From contig JBGVKG010000017.1 of NCBI GenBank assembly GCA_045123575.1, forward strand, positions 15,520 through 79,519: a stretch of DNA of 64,000 nucleotides. Direction: 5' to 3'. Under the pieces are notes generated by a model. It was given only the letters and a program-made list of their open reading frames with translations. It did not search any database and had not been told where the DNA came from. This document shows, in pieces, positions 58,121 through 64,000 of this stretch. Source of the stretch: Lachnospiraceae bacterium. Its GTDB lineage: Bacteria > Bacillota > Clostridia > Lachnospirales > Lachnospiraceae. Made by a program: the position numbers and the translations under genes. Each line of letters opens with the position of its first letter. The first letter of the stretch is position 1.

Positions 58121-59377
58121 ATGGTAAAAAAGCTAAAATATGCAAAATATCATATCGATAATGATCTTAAGGGAAGAATAATACAAGTTAATGCTGGTTT
58201 TTCTGAAACAACAGGATATTCATATGATGAAGTTATGGAAAAGCAGATGACTATATTCGATTTAGTGCCAGACAGTCAATTAGAAGAGTATATGAAGCTG
58301 GTGCATGAGGCTAAGATATATGGAGAAATCTACCTGTCTCACGATATTTGCTGCAAGGATGGAAGGGTAATCAGAGTACATTGTTTTGGTGAAATATATA
58401 CTGATGTGGATACAGGTCATAGTTGTTCTAAAGTACTTATTAATGATGTAACAGAACATGCCAATGTGATGGATGAACTGAATATTAAGTCGGAGCAGTT
58501 CGCACTTCAGATGGAAAAGATGAAATTCCTAGCAGAGGATTCCCAAGAAATATTTATAGATTATGATATTCAAAGAGATTACTTTGAGGTGTCTATGTTT
58601 GTAGAAGGAGAGTATAAGCAGCTTTTTTCTAAAGAGAATTATTTTACCTCAGAGGAACAGGGTATACATGAAGACGATTTTGAAGCGGTATGTCAGGCTT
58701 TTTTGGTAGCAAATAATAAAAATTCTAAGCAGGTTATAGATTTTAGAAGTCGTAGGTTTAAGGATTACTATAACTGGTATAGATTGACATATACAACATT
58801 TATATATCCTACTACGGGAAAAAGTCATATAATCGGAAGAATAATGGATATAAATGACGAGAAACTTGCTAGTTTACAGATAACTGATGGTGTTCATAAG
58901 GATAAGCTTACAAGTGTATATAATAAAACTACGACGGAAGCAAAAATTAATGAGATATTGACTAACAATGGTGCAGAGAGTGAATATGCATTGTTACTTA
59001 TAGATTTAAAACATTTAGAACAAATACAGATGACTATGGGATATGATCAAGGTGACTTAGTGCTTGAAAGTACGGGACAGTTACTTTTGAATATGTTTAG
59101 GCAGAATTTCGATATAATAGGAAGAATAGATGATAACATATTCGTTATATTTATGAGAAATGCATCGGATGTATTTTATGTAGAGAGTAGATGTATGGAG
59201 ATATGCATGAGAGTTAGACAGGAATGTACTCCATTGCATAGTAATTATTCGAATATTGCTCATATAGGTATTGCATTAGGAAATGGCAAAATTGGTTCCT
59301 TTAAAAAACTATACAACAAGGCACGTAAGGCATTAGAACGTCAAAAAGATAAGGATAAAGAAGGGTACAGCTTTTAA
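58121..59377 (+). CDS. PAS-domain protein with a degenerate GGDEF domain
   Basis: 418 aa. N-terminal PAS-like region (NAGFSETTGYSYDEVMEK). The C-terminal GGDEF fold (LTSVYNK...LLLIDLKHL) has the active-site GGDEF replaced by IDDNIF. Confidence 0.65.
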   Translation: MVKKLKYAKYHIDNDLKGRIIQVNAGFSETTGYSYDEVMEKQMTIFDLVPDSQLEEYMKLVHEAKIYGEIYLSHDICCKDGRVIRVHCFGEIYTDVDTGHSCSKVLINDVTEHANVMDELNIKSEQFALQMEKMKFLAEDSQEIFIDYDIQRDYFEVSMFVEGEYKQLFSKENYFTSEEQGIHEDDFEAVCQAFLVANNKNSKQVIDFRSRRFKDYYNWYRLTYTTFIYPTTGKSHIIGRIMDINDEKLASLQITDGVHKDKLTSVYNKTTTEAKINEILTNNGAESEYALLLIDLKHLEQIQMTMGYDQGDLVLESTGQLLLNMFRQNFDIIGRIDDNIFVIFMRNASDVFYVESRCMEICMRVRQECTPLHSNYSNIAHIGIALGNGKIGSFKKLYNKARKALERQKDKDKEGYSF

Positions 59378-59392
59378 ACTGTACCCTTTATC
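59361..59392 (+). terminator. Putative intrinsic terminator
   Basis: Stem aagggtacag/ctgtaccctt spanning the stop codon, followed by TTATCGTT (a weak U-tract). Confidence 0.4.
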
Positions 59393-59457
59393 GTTGAAAC
59401 TAGATATTAAATATGATAGAATTAGAGCGATAAAAGCAAAAAAGTGGAAGGAAGATA

Positions 59458-60729
59458 ATGAGTAAGTTAAGCGATGTAGAGAACAAAAATATAGGAATAG
59501 ATGTATACACCTTAGATAACGGTTTGAGAGTTGTATTTGAACAAAATAGACACCTTAATGCTGTGACAGCAGGTGTATGGATAAAGGTAGGCTCTAGAGA
59601 TGAGAACGAGACCAATAATGGAATAGCTCATATAATTGAACACATGTTATTTAAAGGTACTAAAAATATGACAGCTAAGCAGCTGGCAGTGAGGACAGCT
59701 ATACTGGGTGGTGGTCTAAATGCTTACACAAGCAAGGAAAATACAGAGGTGTATTGCAGAACTTTGCCATCATGTCTAGAAGAAGCTATTAACATTCTAG
59801 GAGATATGATATGCCATTCCTTAATAGATGACGTAGAGCTTGAAAAGGAAAAGGGTGTCGTTTGCGAAGAGATAGATATGTATAAGGATTCACCGGAGGA
59901 TAGTGTTCATGAGGTGTTGCAAAAGAAGATATGGAATAAGCACCCTTTAGGATATATTATTTCTGGAAAGAAGAAGAACGTTAAAGGGTTTACATCCTCG
60001 CAGTTAAAAGAATTTATGAAGCGTTACTATGTGGCTAGTAATATGGTTGTATCAGTAGCAGGTAATTTTAATAAGCGGGAAACCTTGCAGTGGATAAAGA
60101 CAGCATTTGCAGATGTAAATATAGCTGGTGGTGATGAGTGTAAATGCGTGGATGGATATACACCTACATATAAGAAGACTACTTTTGTAAAGGAGAAGGA
60201 TATAGAACAGCTCCATATGAATCTAGCCATTCAGTCCCCGGCATTTGTTGATGAGGAGCGATATGTTGCAACTATTGTAAATGCCATATTTGGCGGGGAT
60301 GTGAATTCTAGATTGTTTCAATGTGTAAGGGAGCAATATGGTCTTACATATTCAGTGTATTCTTATGGAAGCAGTTTTTCGGATACCGGACTTATGCATA
60401 TATATGCCGCTATGAATCCGCAACAGCAGGATAGGGTATATCAGCTTATTACGGGTACTATGGAGGAATTAAAATCTAAGGGGATAACATCAGATGAACT
60501 AAAAAATGCTAAGCAACAGACAAAGGTGGAGTTGAGCTTGGGAAGAGATAGTACATCTTCACTTATGAGCGCTAATGCCAAAAGTGTGATATATGGTATA
60601 CCGTTGATAGCTTTTGAGGAAAAGCTACATAATATTGATAAGATTAAAAAGAGTGATGTAAATAAATTTATAGACAAATATTTTGATGTAGATAATATGA
60701 GTGTTGGACTAATTGGTCCAAAGATTTAA
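59458..60729 (+). CDS. M16-family (pitrilysin/insulinase-like) zinc peptidase
   Basis: 423 aa with the inverted zinc motif HIIEH and a downstream Glu (GGGLNAYTSKENT region). Confidence 0.8.
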   Translation: MSKLSDVENKNIGIDVYTLDNGLRVVFEQNRHLNAVTAGVWIKVGSRDENETNNGIAHIIEHMLFKGTKNMTAKQLAVRTAILGGGLNAYTSKENTEVYCRTLPSCLEEAINILGDMICHSLIDDVELEKEKGVVCEEIDMYKDSPEDSVHEVLQKKIWNKHPLGYIISGKKKNVKGFTSSQLKEFMKRYYVASNMVVSVAGNFNKRETLQWIKTAFADVNIAGGDECKCVDGYTPTYKKTTFVKEKDIEQLHMNLAIQSPAFVDEERYVATIVNAIFGGDVNSRLFQCVREQYGLTYSVYSYGSSFSDTGLMHIYAAMNPQQQDRVYQLITGTMEELKSKGITSDELKNAKQQTKVELSLGRDSTSSLMSANAKSVIYGIPLIAFEEKLHNIDKIKKSDVNKFIDKYFDVDNMSVGLIGPKI

Positions 60730-60798
60730 AATCTTATATTGAATTGAACACTTCAATGTGTTAAAATGCTCAAAGAAGACTTTTTGGAGGTAAATATA

Positions 60799-62082
60799 AT
60801 GTCAGAGAAAAGAAATTTAGGAACAGTATGTATACAGGGAGGATATTCTCCAAAGAATGGCGAAGCTAGAGTTTTGCCTATATATCAAAGTACAACATTT
60901 AAGTATGAGACAAGTGACCAGATGGGTAAGCTTTTTGATTTAGAAGATACAGGTTACTTCTATACACGTTTACAGAATCCTACTAATGATGCTGTGGCAG
61001 CAAAGATTGCAGAGCTTGAAGGTGGAGTTGGCGCTATGCTTACATCATCAGGTCAGGCAGCTAATTTCTATGCTATTTTTAATATATGTGAGCAGGGTGG
61101 TCACGTTGTTGCATCAGCACCAATATATGGCGGAACATTCAATTTGTTTAATGTAACTCTTAGAAAGCTTGGATTGGATTTTACATTTGTAGATCCAGAT
61201 GCATCAGAGGAAGAACTTGCAAAGGCATTTAAGCCTAACACAAAGGCAGTGTTTGCAGAAACTATATCTAATCCATCGTTAGTAGTATTGGATATTGAGA
61301 AGTTTGCAAGACTTGCTCATTCTCATGGAGTACCATTAGTTATAGATAACACATTTGCTACACCTATCAACTGTCGTCCATTTGAGTGGGGAGCAGATAT
61401 TGTTACACATTCAACTACAAAGTATATGGATGGTCATGCTATGGCAGTTGGTGGCTGTATCGTAGATAGTGGTAATTTTGATTGGGATGCTCATGCTGAT
61501 AAGTTCCCAGGTCTTACAACACCAGATGATTCTTACCATGGTATTGTGTATACACAGAAGTTTGGCAAGGCGGCATTTATAACAAAGGCTACTGTTCAGT
61601 TGATGAGAGATTTAGGCTCAATACAGTCTCCACAGAATGCATTCCTTACAAATGTTGGACTGGAGACACTTCACCTTCGTATGAAGAGACATTGTGAGAA
61701 TGCGCAGAAGGTTGCTGAATATTTAAAGAATAATGAGAAGGTATCATGGGTTAGATATTCAGGCTTAGAAGGTGACGATTATTATGATCTTGCTAAGAAG
61801 TATCTTCCTAATGGAAGCTGTGGAGTTATTTCTTTTGGTCTTAAGGCTGGCAGAGAGGCTTGTAAGAGATTTATGGATAACCTTAAGTTAGCAGCTATAG
61901 TTACACATGTTGCGGATTCTCGTACATCTGTACTTCACCCAGCTAGCCATACACATAGACAGCTTACAAATGAGCAGCTTGTGGAAGCCGGAGTAAAGCC
62001 TGAGCTTATAAGATTAAGTGTTGGTATAGAGGATGTTGAAGACATTATAGCTGATATAGAGCAGGCGCTTAATATTGACTAA
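60799..62082 (+). CDS. metY: O-acetylhomoserine/O-acetylserine sulfhydrylase (Cys/Met-metabolism PLP enzyme)
   Basis: Start at MSEKRNLGT (GGAGG upstream). PLP-lysine context HSTTKYMDGH, with the N-terminal QSTTFKY typical of MetY/CysD. Confidence 0.8.
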   Translation: MSEKRNLGTVCIQGGYSPKNGEARVLPIYQSTTFKYETSDQMGKLFDLEDTGYFYTRLQNPTNDAVAAKIAELEGGVGAMLTSSGQAANFYAIFNICEQGGHVVASAPIYGGTFNLFNVTLRKLGLDFTFVDPDASEEELAKAFKPNTKAVFAETISNPSLVVLDIEKFARLAHSHGVPLVIDNTFATPINCRPFEWGADIVTHSTTKYMDGHAMAVGGCIVDSGNFDWDAHADKFPGLTTPDDSYHGIVYTQKFGKAAFITKATVQLMRDLGSIQSPQNAFLTNVGLETLHLRMKRHCENAQKVAEYLKNNEKVSWVRYSGLEGDDYYDLAKKYLPNGSCGVISFGLKAGREACKRFMDNLKLAAIVTHVADSRTSVLHPASHTHRQLTNEQLVEAGVKPELIRLSVGIEDVEDIIADIEQALNID

Positions 62083-62116
62083 TTTTGAATAACAGTTGTA
62101 AAAATAGGAGGATGAA

Positions 62117-62887
62117 ATGAAATTTAGACCATGTATTGACATTCATAATGGGTGTGTTAAGCAGATTGTTGGGGGAAGCTTAATAGATACAGGTGATAAA
62201 GCACAGGAAAATTTTGTGGCAAAGCAGGATGCTGCTTACTATGCTAAATTATATAAGTCAAAAGGTATTACAGGTGGTCATATTATTTTGCTTAATGATA
62301 CAGCATCACCATATTATGACGCTACAAAAGAGCAGGCATTGATGGCACTAGAGGCATATCGTGGAGGTATGCAGATTGGTGGCGGTATAACACCAAAGAA
62401 TGCTATTGGATATCTAAATGAAGGTGCATCCCATGTTATAGTTACATCATATGTGTTTCAAGATGGCATTATTAATATGGATAACCTTAGATTACTTAAT
62501 AATAAAATAGGTAAGGAACATATTGTTTTAGACTTAAGCTGCAAAAAAAGTGATGGTAAATATTATGTTGCAACCAATAGATGGCAGAAGATTACGGATG
62601 TTCAGGTAAATGAGCAACTATTTGATGAACTTAAGGACTATTGCGATGAATTTTTGGTTCATGCGGTAGATGTTGAAGGTAAGTCAAATGGTGTAGATAG
62701 GGATATGGTATCATTACTTGGACGGTTAAATGGTCTTGAGGTTACGTATGCAGGCGGTATTTCTAGTTATAAGGATATAGATATTCTTAAGGAATTAGGT
62801 CAAGGAAAGGTAGATTTTACTGTAGGCAGCGCATTGGATCTGTTTGGTGGTAGTATGAAATTTGATGAAATGTGCCAATTTAAGTAA
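62117..62887 (+). CDS. hisA: ProFAR isomerase, His6-like (eukaryote-type HisA) subfamily
   Basis: 256 aa. MKFRPCIDIHNGCVKQIVGG and HAVDVEGK are characteristic of the His6-like branch of HisA/HisF TIM barrels. The subfamily assignment is from memory of the family, not a search. Confidence 0.6.
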   Translation: MKFRPCIDIHNGCVKQIVGGSLIDTGDKAQENFVAKQDAAYYAKLYKSKGITGGHIILLNDTASPYYDATKEQALMALEAYRGGMQIGGGITPKNAIGYLNEGASHVIVTSYVFQDGIINMDNLRLLNNKIGKEHIVLDLSCKKSDGKYYVATNRWQKITDVQVNEQLFDELKDYCDEFLVHAVDVEGKSNGVDRDMVSLLGRLNGLEVTYAGGISSYKDIDILKELGQGKVDFTVGSALDLFGGSMKFDEMCQFK

Positions 62888-62990
62888 AACAGTAAGTATT
62901 TTGATTGGAATTATGTAGCAAACTCATTGAAAAATATTGAGTGATATTGTAAAATGTAATAGCTTAATTATAATTGTTATGAGGTAGCGT

Positions 62991-63491
62991 ATGGGTGGTA
63001 ATATAAATTTTGTTTACGATATAAACCCTGATGAGAATGCTGATGAATTAAAGCATTTTCTGTTTCTTGAAAGTGTTCGCTTAAGCGAGGAAAGACAAGA
63101 AATTGCCGATGAGAGAAGAAAACTTGAGTTGGATAAGAAGAAACTTGAAAGAGACAGGGAGTTGTTTGATAAGCAGTGGAAGATAGTGGAGCGAGAGCTT
63201 CGCCAGATTGGTAACGACAGGGCTAATATCGCAAAGGATAAAGCATATATAGAAAAAGAGAAGCTTAATCTAAGAAGGCTACAGCAGCAGGTTAGACAAA
63301 ATACTGCTAATGTGACAGTGTGTACAACAGCTACTTTTTTTGGTGGAGTTACAGGCACAGCTAATCTTAGAAAAAGATATAAAGAATTATTGAAGATATA
63401 TCATCCTGATAATGGTGGAGATTCGGCGACGCTTTTAGCTATAAATAAAGAGTATGAAAAAGTGAAAAAACGATTCGGTACCAGTATATAA
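62991..63491 (+). CDS. J-domain protein with an N-terminal coiled coil
   Basis: 166 aa. Charged heptad-like region (residues about 30-100) and a C-terminal J-domain core LRKRYKELLKIYHPDNGGD (HPD motif). Confidence 0.6.
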   Translation: MGGNINFVYDINPDENADELKHFLFLESVRLSEERQEIADERRKLELDKKKLERDRELFDKQWKIVERELRQIGNDRANIAKDKAYIEKEKLNLRRLQQQVRQNTANVTVCTTATFFGGVTGTANLRKRYKELLKIYHPDNGGDSATLLAINKEYEKVKKRFGTSI

Positions 63492-63520
63492 GATTTGATA
63501 TGGAGATGTGGAGGATCAAT

Positions 63521-64000
63521 ATGAGCAAAATAATTATTCCAAAGGATTATGAGTCAGCATTAAATTTGCATGACACACAGATTGCAATAAAGACAGTTAA
63601 AGATTTTTTTCAAAATCTGTTGGCAGAGCATCTTAATTTATTAAGAGTGTCTGCACCGCTTTTTGTTACACCAGAGTCAGGTCTTAATGACAATCTTAAT
63701 GGTGTAGAGCGTCCAGTTGCATTCGGAATCAAGGAACAGGATGATTATGAGGTAGAGATAGTTCAGTCTCTTGCTAAGTGGAAGAGATATGCACTTAAAA
63801 GATATGGTTTTAAGCCAGGCGAGGGCCTTTATACAGATATGAATGCCATCAGAAGAGATGAGGATACAGATAATATCCATTCTATATTTGTTGACCAGTG
63901 GGACTGGGAGAAGGTTATCACTAAGGAAGAAAGAACTATGGAGACACTTATTAACAGTGTTAGAAAAGTGTACAGTGCTCTTAGAAAGACAGAAAAGTTC
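63521..64000 (+). CDS. asnA: Aspartate--ammonia ligase (partial, runs off the window end)
   Basis: Open frame from the ATG at 63521 (GGAGGA upstream) to the window end. MSKIIIPKDYESALNLHDTQIAIKTVKDFF...LLRVSAPLFV...VQSLAKWKR...IRRDE matches the AsnA N-terminus. Absent from the ORF track because no stop is reached. Confidence 0.8.
   Translation, partial: MSKIIIPKDYESALNLHDTQIAIKTVKDFFQNLLAEHLNLLRVSAPLFVTPESGLNDNLNGVERPVAFGIKEQDDYEVEIVQSLAKWKRYALKRYGFKPGEGLYTDMNAIRRDEDTDNIHSIFVDQWDWEKVITKEERTMETLINSVRKVYSALRKTEKF

Noticed and set aside
60730-60798. Expected a SAM or other riboswitch ahead of the metY-like gene, and a regulatory leader ahead of argH.
   Set aside because: The upstream gaps are only about 70 nt and 28 nt respectively, too short for the known riboswitch classes, and no conserved cores were seen.

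Overview
This is a low-GC, Firmicutes-type chromosomal segment, Clostridia/Lachnospiraceae-like judging by gene content and codon style. No homology search was possible, so all calls rest on motif recognition, RBS/start inspection and hand-folded structures. It is mostly core housekeeping and signalling. Genes include pheST and tyrS (each behind a T-box leader), glmS, topB, galM, thrC, argH, tcdA, trkAH, pyrF, a metY-like gene, a hisA-like gene and a partial asnA. There are also two OmpR-type two-component systems, an MCP, a small alarmone synthetase, GGDEF proteins, a MacB-type ABC exporter and an [FeFe]-hydrogenase-family gene. Genes run almost entirely on the minus strand up to about 49.3 kb and on the plus strand from about 50.2 kb. 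No rRNA, tRNA, CRISPR, transposase, integrase or obvious defence genes were seen. Items worth a second look: (1) a five-gene dlt-like operon (adenylation enzyme, carrier protein, MBOAT, SGNH/DltD-like) that also carries a DAP-decarboxylase-family PLP enzyme, possibly an uncharacterised envelope-acylation pathway. (2) Two diverged, oppositely oriented copies of a 0.5-0.6 kb imperfect palindrome (33826-34338 and 49491-50104) whose stems differ in sequence but keep pairing. (3) A composite hairpin repeat with an exact 58-nt duplication that supplies the stop codon of tcdA. (4) A 54-nt tandem repeat in the thrC leader. (5) A roughly 190-nt 6S-like structured RNA candidate. (6) A histidine kinase packed with a VTC-like polyphosphate-polymerase domain gene and a DUF4956 membrane gene. 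(7) A double-AP2 protein with a degenerate HNH-like core.
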